A stretch of 37,561 bases of DNA, taken from positions 62,001-99,561 of the forward strand of contig JBJMHS010000032.1 of NCBI GenBank assembly GCA_045807245.1, given 5' to 3'. Under the pieces are notes generated by a model. The model worked only from the letters and a program-made list of their open reading frames with translations, had not been told where the DNA came from and ran no database searches. This DNA is from Actinomycetales bacterium (GTDB taxonomy: Bacteria; Actinomycetota; Actinomycetes; Actinomycetales; CAVURS01). Made by a program: the position numbers and the translations under genes. Within the stretch, counting starts at the first letter, position 1. Every line of letters starts with the position of its first letter. Of this stretch, positions 28,825-37,561 are shown piece after piece.

Positions 28825-29570
28825 CGGGTCGGGACGAAGTCCGGTAGCAGCAACGTGTCGTAGCCGACCTCGTCGAGGATCGGCAGCTCGGCCTGGGGCG
28901 GGTTCACCGAGATCCCACCCTGGCTGTGCGCACCGCAGCCGTGGTCCAGCGAGACGACCTGGCCGTCCGACGGCGACCACTCGTTGCTGCAGACACCGAA
29001 GACGGCGCGCAGGGTCCCGGCCAACGGCAGGAAGAAGCCGCAGCTCTCGCACGGCGCGGGGGCCTGCTCGGCGACCGCGGCGTTCGGACCGTGCGACCCG
29101 TCGTACCAGCGTTCGGCCGCCTCGGCGCGCCCCTCCCGGGACAGCACCCGTTCGCGTCCGAGGCCCAGCTCCCAGAAGGCCATCTGGTCGACGTCTTCGT
29201 CGCCCGTCGCCTCGAAGCCGTACTCCAAGCGCGGATCCTCGGCATTGAACGGCAGCAGGTCGCCGGGCCCGAGGTCACCAGGCGCGATGCGGTCCGACCA
29301 CGGCACCCAGGTCGGCGCGAGCAAGGCACCGATCCCCGGCAGCAGGTGGACCTCGTCCACGGTCGCGGTGCGGCCGCGGGGGGGCCGGGCCACCGTGACG
29401 GCCCAGCGCCAACCGCGGTAGGCCGGGGACGTGCACTCGAACGAATGGGTGCCGACCCGCTCACCCTCGGGCTGGTAACCCTGGTGCTCGCCGACGGTCC
29501 CCGGTTCGGCGATCTCCTCGGCAGCCCGGCGAGCCAGGTCGACGGCTGCGGTGAGCGTCTCATCAGCCAT
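28821..29570 (-). CDS. DUF3027 domain protein (Rv0877-like)
   Basis: AYRGWRWAVTV, ALLAPTWVPWSDRI, PGDLGPGD, ELGLGRERVLSREGR, CESCGF, FGVCSNE, DGQVVSLDHGCGAHS. Confidence 0.9.
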   Translation of the reverse strand: MADETLTAAVDLARRAAEEIAEPGTVGEHQGYQPEGERVGTHSFECTSPAYRGWRWAVTVARPPRGRTATVDEVHLLPGIGALLAPTWVPWSDRIAPGDLGPGDLLPFNAEDPRLEYGFEATGDEDVDQMAFWELGLGRERVLSREGRAEAAERWYDGSHGPNAAVAEQAPAPCESCGFFLPLAGTLRAVFGVCSNEWSPSDGQVVSLDHGCGAHSQGGISVNPPQAELPILDEVGYDTLLLPDFVPTR

Positions 29571-29624
29571 ACCCGAGATTGTCCCCTACCGGAGCCCCTG
29601 CGGGGACCACGGCAGGATGGCGGC

Positions 29625-31094
29625 ATGCCGCAGGAGCCCGACGCCCCGTTCACGAGGGGCGAGCGAGCGGTGCAGGGAGCGCGGGCGTTCGGTCGCGGTA
29701 CGGCGAAGGCTGCCGGCGCCTCCGCGCGCGCGTCCCGCGCCACGTTTCGCCGCATGGTGCGGGCGACGCAGGCCCACGGAGCCGGCGAGTCCGGCCTGGC
29801 CCGGGTCATCCAGATGCACGGCGTATCGGCGGCGGGCGACGCGCTGGTGCTGCTCTCCCTGGCCAACACCGTGTTCTTCAGCGTGCCGGTCGGCCAGGCG
29901 CGCGGGCGGGTCGCGCTGTACCTGCTGGTGACGATGGCGCCGTTCTCGCTGATGGCCCCCGTCATCGGGCCCCTGCTCGACCGGTTCCGGCACGGGCGGC
30001 GCTACGCGCTCGCGGCGACCCTGCTGGGCCGGGCGTTCCTGGCCTGGGTCATGGCCAGCGCCGTGGCGGGCGGCAAGGAGGCGTTCTCGCTGTACCCCGC
30101 CGCGTTCGGCCACCTCGTCCTGAGCAAGGCCTATCAAGTGACGCGCGCCGCGGCCACACCACGTGTGCTCCCGACCGAGCTGTCCCTGGTCACGGCGAAC
30201 TCGCGGGTCATGCTGGGCGGCGTCGTCTCGGTGGCGATCGCGACCCCCATCGGCGGGCTGTTTCTGAAGCTGGCCGGCCCGGAGTGGTCGCTGCGGCTGG
30301 CGTTCGTCGTGTTCGCAGCCGGTGTAGCGCTCGCGCTGCGGCTGCCCCGCCGGGTGGACTCCGCGGCGGGCGAGGTCGGGGCCCGGCTGTCCTCCGACAC
30401 CGGGCCGGCCCCCCGGCTGGGCCCCCCGCAGCGCACCACCTCACCGACCGACGAGACCACCGAGATCCCGACCCGTGACGGCAACGGCGGCGGTCGGGTG
30501 CGGGGGTCCTGGGGCATCGGGCCTCGGGTCGTCCTGGGCCTGCGGGCCACGTCGGCCCTGCGCGCCTTTACCGGGTTCCTCACCCTGTTCCTGGCCTTCG
30601 CGCTGCGCACCGACCCCATCTCGACGACGATCCCGACGATCGGCGTGATCGGGCTGGTCGCCGGTGGAGCGGGTGTGGGCAACACGATCGGTACGGCGAT
30701 GGGTGCGCTCCTGCGCCGGGTCACACCGGAGACCGTGCTGACCGCCATGCTGGCGGTTGCCGCGCTCGCCGCGGCCGCCGGCTCGCTCGGGTACGGGCTG
30801 GCGTCGGTGATCATCGTCGGCGTCGGCGCCGGGTTCTCGGCCGCGCTGGGCAAGCTGGCGCTGGACGCGCTGGTCCAGCGTGAGGTGCCCGACGACGTAC
30901 GGTCCTCGGCGTTCGCCCGGTCCGAGACCGTCCTGCAGGTGGCCTGGGTCATCGGCGGCGGCATCGGCATCAGCCTGCCGATCCCGGGCGCCTACGGACT
31001 GGGCGGTGCAGCGATCGGCCTGGCCGGCATGCTAGTGCTCACCCTGCGGGCCAGGGTGGCCGCCCGCAAGGTGCCCCTCCGGCGGCCGGGCTAG
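29625..31094 (+). CDS. MFS transporter (Rv0876c-like)
   Basis: HGAGESGL, GDALVLLSLANTVFF, RVALYLLVTMAPF, IGPLLDR, LVLSKAY, LGKLALDALVQR, SAFARSETVLQVAWVIGG; CAGGAT-N6-ATG start; divergent from DUF3027. Confidence 0.9.
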   Translation: MPQEPDAPFTRGERAVQGARAFGRGTAKAAGASARASRATFRRMVRATQAHGAGESGLARVIQMHGVSAAGDALVLLSLANTVFFSVPVGQARGRVALYLLVTMAPFSLMAPVIGPLLDRFRHGRRYALAATLLGRAFLAWVMASAVAGGKEAFSLYPAAFGHLVLSKAYQVTRAAATPRVLPTELSLVTANSRVMLGGVVSVAIATPIGGLFLKLAGPEWSLRLAFVVFAAGVALALRLPRRVDSAAGEVGARLSSDTGPAPRLGPPQRTTSPTDETTEIPTRDGNGGGRVRGSWGIGPRVVLGLRATSALRAFTGFLTLFLAFALRTDPISTTIPTIGVIGLVAGGAGVGNTIGTAMGALLRRVTPETVLTAMLAVAALAAAAGSLGYGLASVIIVGVGAGFSAALGKLALDALVQREVPDDVRSSAFARSETVLQVAWVIGGGIGISLPIPGAYGLGGAAIGLAGMLVLTLRARVAARKVPLRRPG

Positions 31095-31474
31095 GCCTCG
31101 AGGTCGTCCGCGACGGCACGCAGTAAACCGGCCACCTTGCGGGCCGACGTACGGTCCGGGTGCCGGCCCCGGCGCAGCTGGTTGGAGATGTCGTCGAGAA
31201 CCTTGATCGTGTCCTCGATGATGACGGTGAGGTCCTCCGGCGCCTTGCGGGCGCGCGCGGCGACCGACGGCAACGGGTCCAGGATCTTGACCGACAGAGC
31301 CTGCGTGCCGCGCTTGCCCTCGACGATGCCGTACTCGACGCGGGTGCCGCCCTTGAGCTCGGTGACGCCCTCCGGCAGCGCGGAGGCGTGCAAGAAGACG
31401 TCAGCGCCCTCGTCACTGCTGAGGAAGCCGAAGCCCTTCTCGGCGTTGTAGAACTTCACCTTGCCAGTAGGCAC
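31091..31474 (-). CDS. cspB: Cold-shock domain protein with actinobacterial C-terminal extension
   Basis: MPTGKVKFYNAEKGFGFL...DVFLHASAL...GTQALSV plus a helical tail (KAPEDL...LLRAVADDLEA). Confidence 0.92.
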   Translation of the reverse strand: MPTGKVKFYNAEKGFGFLSSDEGADVFLHASALPEGVTELKGGTRVEYGIVEGKRGTQALSVKILDPLPSVAARARKAPEDLTVIIEDTIKVLDDISNQLRRGRHPDRTSARKVAGLLRAVADDLEA

Positions 31475-31618
31475 CGTTGACCTCGTCGTTGCGTCGTCGT
31501 TGGGGTTCGTTGTGCGCGAACGTGCACGAACTCGGTGTTCGCAGACCCCTCCAGGCTATCCGGCCCGCGCAAGTCCGAATCCGTTCGCGCGTCGACGGGT
31601 GCCCCGGTCCGGCTCCGG

Positions 31619-33082
31619 TCAGCGGTAGAGCTCGGGCTGCGAGAGGAGCTCGTTCATCGACCCGGATCGGAACCCGCGCGGGTCGATCTCCGCAGCGTCG
31701 AAGCCCACGCCGCGGGCGGCCTCGACCAGGCGCCGACCGGTCGGGGCCGGCCCGTCCAGGCCCAGGAGCTCATCGAGCAGGGCGCGGTCGACCTCGACGA
31801 CGGCGCGGTCGTCGCCGAGGTCGCGGACCCGTACGTCGCGCACGTCCAGACCGGCTGCGGTCAGCTCCGCCCGCACTGCGAGTTCGGCTCGGTCGACCCG
31901 GTCGAGAGCGACGCGGGTGACCGGCACGCCGTACGCGATGCGGCTGGACAGGCAGGCGGCGGCGGGCTTGTCCCACGTCGTGAGGCCCCAGCGGCGCGAC
32001 GTCTCGCGGACCTGGGCCTTGGTCAGGCCCACGTCGCGCAGCGGCGCGCGCGCTCCACGCTCGTCGGCGGCCCGGATGCCGGGCCGGAAGCCGGCCCGGG
32101 CGTCGTCGGCGTTGGTGCCGGTCACCACGGTCGCGTCCGTGCCGACGACGGAGTCGAGCGCGGTCAGTACGTCGATCAGCTCGGATTTGCAGTAGTAGCA
32201 ACGGCCTCCGGCGTTCGCCACGTAGCCGTCACGATCGAGCTCGTGGGTGGCCGGAGTCACGTGGCGGACCCCCATCTCCGCCGCGAAGGCCGCCGCCTGC
32301 TCGAGCTCTCCAGTGGCGAGCGACGGCGACACCGCGGTGGCGGCCGTCACCCGGGCCGCGCCGAGCGAGCGCACAGCCGCCGCGAGCGCGAACGCCGAGT
32401 CGGTGCCGCCCGAGAAGGCGACGACGACCCGGCCGGAGAGTTCGCGGAACGCCTGGTCCAAGGCGTCCAGCCGCGCGGACAGCACATGCTCGTCCAGCCA
32501 GGCGGGGAAGGCCTGCAGGGTCGTGAGCACCACGTCGGCGCCCACTGCACCGAGCTTCTCGGCATCGGTCGGGCCGGTGGTGACGGCGACCGCGACGGCA
32601 GCGGCCCCGTGCGCGGCCACGACGTCACCAGGGTGGTCACCGACGTACACCTGCGCCCCGACCTCGCGGAGCACCTCGGCCTTGCCCAGCCCGAACCGGT
32701 CCCCGACCACGATGTCGGCTTCCAGCCCCACCGTGGCCAGGACCTGGCGGACGGCGGACTCGACCTTGGCGCTGACCACCGCGACCCGGCCACCGAGGGA
32801 GCGCACCGCGGCGACGGCTTCGGCCGCGCCGGGCAGGAGTGTCGTGATCGGTACGCCGAGCGCCGGGTAGCGCTCGCGGTAGGCGGCGAACGCCGGGGCT
32901 ACCTGCTCCTCGGGCAGCCAGCGCCGCAACGCGTCGTCGAGCGGGATGCCGATGGTCGGCCAGATCTCCTCGTCGGTGAGCGTGACGCCCAGGTCGGCGA
33001 CGACGTCGCGCATGGTCTGGACGATCCCGGCTCGCGAGTCGACGAGGGTCATGTCCAGGTCGAAGCCCACCACGAGATCCAC
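31619..33082 (-). CDS. larE: Fusion: HAD-family phosphatase + LarE-type ATP-dependent sulfur transferase
   Basis: N-terminal ~200 aa: FDLDMTL, VVSAK, GKAEVL, YVGDHPGD. C-terminal part: VAFSGGTDS PP-loop, RCYYCK, GTNADD..GFRPG, WDKPAAACLSSRI, VRVR, GFRSGSMN. TAGGGT-N6-GTG start. Confidence 0.9.
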   Translation of the reverse strand: MDLVVGFDLDMTLVDSRAGIVQTMRDVVADLGVTLTDEEIWPTIGIPLDDALRRWLPEEQVAPAFAAYRERYPALGVPITTLLPGAAEAVAAVRSLGGRVAVVSAKVESAVRQVLATVGLEADIVVGDRFGLGKAEVLREVGAQVYVGDHPGDVVAAHGAAAVAVAVTTGPTDAEKLGAVGADVVLTTLQAFPAWLDEHVLSARLDALDQAFRELSGRVVVAFSGGTDSAFALAAAVRSLGAARVTAATAVSPSLATGELEQAAAFAAEMGVRHVTPATHELDRDGYVANAGGRCYYCKSELIDVLTALDSVVGTDATVVTGTNADDARAGFRPGIRAADERGARAPLRDVGLTKAQVRETSRRWGLTTWDKPAAACLSSRIAYGVPVTRVALDRVDRAELAVRAELTAAGLDVRDVRVRDLGDDRAVVEVDRALLDELLGLDGPAPTGRRLVEAARGVGFDAAEIDPRGFRSGSMNELLSQPELYR

Positions 33083-33183
33083 GGCTCCACCCTAAGCGGC
33101 ACAACACCGTGGCCCGGGCCGGGCCGATGGAGCGTGGAGAACTGGTTCGGCGCTCAGGCGGCCTTGCGGGCAGCATGGGGCGA

Positions 33184-34497
33184 GTGAGCCAGGGGACCGC
33201 GAGCCGGCCGGGCATGCGCAACGTCCTCGCCGGCGTGCCGCGCGCCGGGCGGCTGCTCCTGCTCGGCGTCGCCGTCGACGCGCTCGGGACCGGGCTCACG
33301 CTGCCCTTCCTCGTCGTGTACTTCCGCGAGGTCCGGCACATCCCGCTGCCGACGGTCGGCCTGCTGATGGCGCTGCCGCCGTTCGTGGCGCTGGTGCTCC
33401 TCGGCCCGATCGGGCTGGCGATCGACCGCTTCGGGGCCCGGCGTCTGCAGATGGTCGCGTTGACGTTCTCCCTGCTCGGGCAGTTCGCCCTCATCGCGGT
33501 GCGTGGCCCCGGCACGGCGGCCCTGGCGCTCATGCTCGGCGGGATCGGGCATGCGACGTTCTTCCCCGCGATCGGTGCCCTGGTGGCGACGGCGATCCCG
33601 TCGGAGCACCGGCAGCGCTTCTACGGCCTGTCGTTCACGCTGCTCAACGCCGGCATCGGCATGGGCGGCGTGGTCTCCGGCCTGTTCGTCGACGTTCACC
33701 GGCCGTGGACGTTCGAGGTCATCTATCTCTGTGACGGCTTGACCTATCTGATCCCGCTCGTCCTGCTGGCCTTCGTGATCCGTGGCGTCGGGCGGCCGGT
33801 CCGGCTGCACGAGGACGACGGGTCGGCGCACGTGCCGGCGTCGTACGGGCTGGTGTTGCGGGACAAAGCCTTTCGCCGGTTCCTGGCCGTGACGTTCGTC
33901 GGTGCGTTCATCGGCTACGCCCAGCTCGAGGCCGGCTGGACGGCGTTCGCCCGGATCGTCGGCGGCATCTCCACGACGGGCATCGGCATCGCGTTCGCCG
34001 CCAACACAGCGGTCATCGTGCTGCTCCAGCTGCCCGTCGTACGGCGCATCGAGGGACACCGGCGGACTCGGCTGCTCATGCTCATGGCCGTGATCTGGGC
34101 GGTGGCCTGGGCCATCGTCGGCGTGGCCGGGCTCGTCGGCGGGGCGGTCGCGTTCGCGTTGCTGGTGGCCAGCGCCGCGATCTTCGGCGGTGGCGAGACC
34201 CTCAACTCCCCCGTCGTACCGGCAGTCGTGAACGACCTGTCCAGCGACCACCTGCGCGGTCGGTACAACGCCGCGAACTCGATCGCCTTCCAGATCGCCG
34301 CGGTGCTGGGTCCGGTCTCCGCGGGTCTGCTGATCGGGCACGGGCTCTCGGCGGCGTACATCGTGATGCTGCTCGCCGGCAGCGCAGTACTCATGGTGCT
34401 GTTGCTGACCTTGGAGAGCCGGATATCGCCGGCTGCCAACGGAGTCCGTCCGTCTGTGCAGACCGCCGACCGTTCGTCGGACGAGCAGCTGGACTAG
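33184..34497 (+). CDS. MFS transporter
   Basis: DALGTGLTLPFLVVY, IDRFGAR, LLNAGIGMGG, ANTAVIVLLQ, GETL, LRGRYNA; start 33184 is an estimate (longest ORF starts at 33109). Confidence 0.9.
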   Translation: MSQGTASRPGMRNVLAGVPRAGRLLLLGVAVDALGTGLTLPFLVVYFREVRHIPLPTVGLLMALPPFVALVLLGPIGLAIDRFGARRLQMVALTFSLLGQFALIAVRGPGTAALALMLGGIGHATFFPAIGALVATAIPSEHRQRFYGLSFTLLNAGIGMGGVVSGLFVDVHRPWTFEVIYLCDGLTYLIPLVLLAFVIRGVGRPVRLHEDDGSAHVPASYGLVLRDKAFRRFLAVTFVGAFIGYAQLEAGWTAFARIVGGISTTGIGIAFAANTAVIVLLQLPVVRRIEGHRRTRLLMLMAVIWAVAWAIVGVAGLVGGAVAFALLVASAAIFGGGETLNSPVVPAVVNDLSSDHLRGRYNAANSIAFQIAAVLGPVSAGLLIGHGLSAAYIVMLLAGSAVLMVLLLTLESRISPAANGVRPSVQTADRSSDEQLD

Positions 34498-35399
34498 GCC
34501 GGGGTGATGCCCCAGCGGCCTCGCTGGCTGTCGCCGGGCTGCAGGATGACGAGTCCGTCGCCGGTGTTGAACGCATCGGGTCCGCAGGTCATCGGCTCGA
34601 CGGCCAGGCCACGCCGGGCGGCGTCGGGTGCGAGGGTGTCGCCGGTGAAGACCTGGATCCAGCTGTACGCGTCGTCGGCCCAGAGCGTGGCTGCGACGTC
34701 GCCGTCCTCCATCCGCACGCGCCAGAGGCCGTCGGGGTCGCGGCTCACGTCGCGATAGGCCGTGTCCAGGGCCAGCTCGCCGATCGACCTCCGGTCGCGG
34801 AAGTCGTACGGCGTGCCCTCGACCGGACGGGGGTCGACCGGGATGCCACGGTCGTCCGGGTGCAGGTACGTGGCGGCGGGGACGGTGAGCCGAGCGGTGT
34901 CGACGGTCGCGCCGCCGACGGTCAGATAGGGGTGGGCACCGGTGCCGTACGGCGCGCTGACCGTGCCCTCGTTGCTGGCGGTTGTCGTGACGGTGAGGCC
35001 GCCCTCGGCCAGCTCGACGGTCACGGTGACGGCCAGGACGGCCGGCCATCCTGGCTGCGGGTGGACGACGATCGACAGGGCGACCGAGCTTTCGGTCTGT
35101 TCCTCCATGACCCAGTTCGACCAACGGGCCAGGCCGTGAATCGCGTTGCGGTGGGCGGGCTCGGTGAGGGCGAGCTGCTGCTGCCTGCCGTCATGGAGAT
35201 AGCGACCGTCGCGGACCCGGTTGGGCCATGGCACAAGATGGTTGCCGCGGCCTCCGCTCGCGACCTGGTCGACCCCGAAACCGTCGAGTACGGCGCGTCC
35301 GGCGATGCTGTAGTGCCGGATCGTCGCGCCGACCTCGGTCACGACCGCGACCTGGTCGTCGTACCGGATCTCGAACTGCTGTCCCGAGGGCGCCGTCAC
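34494..35399 (-). CDS. Aldose 1-epimerase family protein
   Basis: PSGQQFEI, LVPWPNRVRDGRY, NAIHGL, GAHPY, LDTAY, WIQVFTGD, LAVEPMTCGPDAFN. Confidence 0.92.
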   Translation of the reverse strand: MTAPSGQQFEIRYDDQVAVVTEVGATIRHYSIAGRAVLDGFGVDQVASGGRGNHLVPWPNRVRDGRYLHDGRQQQLALTEPAHRNAIHGLARWSNWVMEEQTESSVALSIVVHPQPGWPAVLAVTVTVELAEGGLTVTTTASNEGTVSAPYGTGAHPYLTVGGATVDTARLTVPAATYLHPDDRGIPVDPRPVEGTPYDFRDRRSIGELALDTAYRDVSRDPDGLWRVRMEDGDVAATLWADDAYSWIQVFTGDTLAPDAARRGLAVEPMTCGPDAFNTGDGLVILQPGDSQRGRWGITPA

Positions 35400-35440
35400 G
35401 GGACACGAGCGTAGCGACGGCTGGGTTCGGCTCGGCTGGG

Positions 35441-37102
35441 CTAGGCGTTGCGGAGAGACGCGGCGCGTTCCAGGCCCAGGATGGTCACGGCGCTCTCCCG
35501 CATCTCGACCTTGCGCACCTTGCCGGTCACGGTCATCGGGAACGCGTCGACGAGGTGGACGTACCGCGGGACCTTGTAGTGCGCCAGCTTGCCTGAGCAG
35601 AACTCACGCAACGCTTCGGCGGTCAGCGGTTCCGCCTCAGGCTTCATGACGATCCAGGCCATGAGCTCCTCCCCGTACTTCTCGTCCGGCACGCCGACCA
35701 CCGACACGTCGGAGATGTCGGGGTGGCTGTAGAGGAACTCCTCGACCTCGCGCGGGTAGACGTTCTCGCCGCCGCGGATGACCATGTCCTTGATCCGGCC
35801 GACGATGTTGACGTACCCCTCGCTGTCCATCGTCGCCAGGTCGCCGGTGTGCATCCACCGGGCGGCGTCGATGGCCTCGGCTGTCTTGTCGGGCTGGTCC
35901 CAATAGCCAAGCATCACCGTGTGCCCACGGGTGCAGAGCTCTCCGGGTTCACCGCGCGGCACGGTCAGCCCGGTCACGGGGTCGACGACCTTGGACTCCA
36001 GGTGCGGCATGGTCCGCCCGACCGTCTCGGTCCGCCGGGCCAGGTCGTCGTCCGGGCGGGTCATCGTCGAGACCGGAGAGGTCTCGGTCATGCCGTAGCA
36101 GATCGCCACTTCGGACATGTGCATCTCGGCGACGACTCGCTTCATCACCTCAACGGGACATGGCGAGCCGGCCATGATCCCGGTCCGAAGCGAGGTCAGG
36201 TCGAACTCGGCGAAGTTCGGCAATGCGAGCTCGGCGATGAACATCGTCGGTACGCCGTACAGGGAGGTGCACCGCTCGTCCTGTACGGCGCGCAACGTTG
36301 CCTCGGGCTCGAAGCTGGGGGCGGGGATGACGATGCACGAGCCGTGAGTCGTCGAGCCGAGGTTTCCCATGACCATGCCGAAGCAGTGATAGAAGGGCAC
36401 CGGCAGGCAGACCCGGTCGGACTCGTCGTACCCGATGAGCTCGGCCACGAAGAAGCCGTTGTTGAGGATGTTGTGATGGGACAGCGTCGCGCCTTTGGGG
36501 AATCCCGTTGTGCCAGAGGTGTACTGGATGTTGATGGGGTCGTCGGGTCCTAGCATCGCCATGCGTTCGGCGACCGCATCTTCGGGCCGGCTCGCGCTGC
36601 GCGACATGAGGTCGTCCCATGTCGGGTCGCCGATGTAGATGACGTCGGCGAGCTGCGGGCACTCAGAACGGACCAGCTCGACCATGGCGCGGTAGTCGGA
36701 TGTCTTGTGTTGCACCGCGGACACGAGCAGGCGCATCCCGGACTGGTTCACCACGAAGGCCAGCTCGTGGCTCCGGTAGGCCGGGTTCACGTTCACCAGG
36801 ATCGCGCCGATCTTGGCCGTGGCGTACTGCACCAGCACCCACTCGGCACAGTTGGGCGACCAGATGCCGACCCGGTCCCCCTTGGCGATGCCCACGGCGA
36901 GCAAGGCACGGGCGACGAGGTTCACCTGGGCATCCAGCTCGCGGTACGTCCACCGCCGGCCGCTCGGCACGTCGACGAGCGCGTCGCGCTCGCCGAAGCG
37001 GGCCACCGTTCGCTCGAAGTTGCCGCCGATGGTCTCCCCCAGCAACGGGACGTCGGAGACGGCAGACGCGTACGACGGGACCGGCGGTGCGGGGGTGCTC
37101 AC
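35441..37102 (-). CDS. AMP-binding acyl-CoA synthetase (FadD/ACSF2-like)
   Basis: [65 protein letters not shown]; start GTG 37102. Confidence 0.95.
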   Translation of the reverse strand: MSTPAPPVPSYASAVSDVPLLGETIGGNFERTVARFGERDALVDVPSGRRWTYRELDAQVNLVARALLAVGIAKGDRVGIWSPNCAEWVLVQYATAKIGAILVNVNPAYRSHELAFVVNQSGMRLLVSAVQHKTSDYRAMVELVRSECPQLADVIYIGDPTWDDLMSRSASRPEDAVAERMAMLGPDDPINIQYTSGTTGFPKGATLSHHNILNNGFFVAELIGYDESDRVCLPVPFYHCFGMVMGNLGSTTHGSCIVIPAPSFEPEATLRAVQDERCTSLYGVPTMFIAELALPNFAEFDLTSLRTGIMAGSPCPVEVMKRVVAEMHMSEVAICYGMTETSPVSTMTRPDDDLARRTETVGRTMPHLESKVVDPVTGLTVPRGEPGELCTRGHTVMLGYWDQPDKTAEAIDAARWMHTGDLATMDSEGYVNIVGRIKDMVIRGGENVYPREVEEFLYSHPDISDVSVVGVPDEKYGEELMAWIVMKPEAEPLTAEALREFCSGKLAHYKVPRYVHLVDAFPMTVTGKVRKVEMRESAVTILGLERAASLRNA

Positions 37103-37158
37103 CCGCTCATCCTCATCCCGACCGATGGGGTAGGCAACGCCCCACCGATCTGGCTGCG

Positions 37159-37560
37159 CTAGCCGGTATCTCGGAGGTGGGGGTTGCGGGTGAGCCAGCG
37201 GGCGGCGAGCTGGCGCAGGGCGGTTTCGATGTGTCGGAGGTGGTCGTTGGCTTCGGCGGGTGGTGCACCCGGCTGCGGTGGGGTCCAGGTGACGTGTCCG
37301 TCGACGAGATGGCCGGTCCAGCCGCTGGCGTGCACGTGGCGGTGGTGCCGCCCGCACAGCAGGGTGCCGTTGGCCTCCGAGGTCGCCCCGCCCGGCTTGC
37401 CGTCTCGCCCGAAGGCGACCAGGTGGTGGGCGTGGCACCAGGGCGGGGGGGCGGAGCAGTTCGGGAAGGTGCAGTGCCGGTCGCGGAGCTCGATGGCCCG
37501 CCGGATCTTCGCCGGGAACCGATAGACCGAATCGCCCACATCCAGGGCCCGTCCGTGGCC
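37159..37560 (-). CDS. C-terminal HNH domain of a DUF222/13E12-repeat-type protein, 5'-truncated by the window edge
   Basis: [28 protein letters not shown]...[23 protein letters not shown]; frame stays open to the window end. Confidence 0.85.
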   Translation of the reverse strand, partial: GHGRALDVGDSVYRFPAKIRRAIELRDRHCTFPNCSAPPPWCHAHHLVAFGRDGKPGGATSEANGTLLCGRHHRHVHASGWTGHLVDGHVTWTPPQPGAPPAEANDHLRHIETALRQLAARWLTRNPHLRDTG

Positions 37561-37561
37561 G

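Noticed and set aside
25735..28863. 1042-aa plus-strand ORF, and similar long antisense or alternate-frame ORFs (2550-4766, 33154-35124, 31535-33187)
   Set aside because: Shadow frames of real genes in very GC-rich DNA; Arg/Gly/Pro/His-rich with no recognisable motifs.
35419..35446. GGCTN pentamer tandem run
   Set aside because: Short, degenerate and low-complexity; expected by chance at this GC content.

Overview
High-GC actinobacterial chromosomal segment; the taxon is inferred from gene content, abundant leaderless TANNNT-N6/7-start signals and an actinobacterial-type c-di-AMP riboswitch. It holds about 36 genes. Left part: a truncated GGDEF-EAL protein, ArsR-SRPBCC, MmpL/TetR, a GH16-like gene plus pirin, HNH, riboswitch-controlled NlpC/P60, ideR and sigK-rskA. 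Middle and right: the conserved actinobacterial pdxH...citA-serC...MarR-DUF2530-DUF3027-MFS-cspB block, interspersed with several MFS transporters, a lytic transglycosylase and a sacsin-like GHKL ATPase, followed by a HAD-LarE fusion, an aldose epimerase, an acyl-CoA synthetase and a truncated DUF222-type HNH gene. The most notable signals are absent from the ORF track. (1) A stand-alone, ~205-nt, highly structured transcript at ~12373-12580 with its own promoter, a 15-nt near-perfect complement of the 16S rRNA 3' end, a 12-codon ORF (MIDKRTREVAAS) and an internal anti-SD loop. (2) Next to it, an AbiEi/DUF559-type nuclease gene bracketed by two copies of a REP-like palindrome. (3) An in-frame HAD phosphatase-LarE fusion with no other lar genes in the window. 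(4) A probable CTG-initiated MFS gene and a 28-aa membrane sORF. Family names come from motif recognition, not from database searches.
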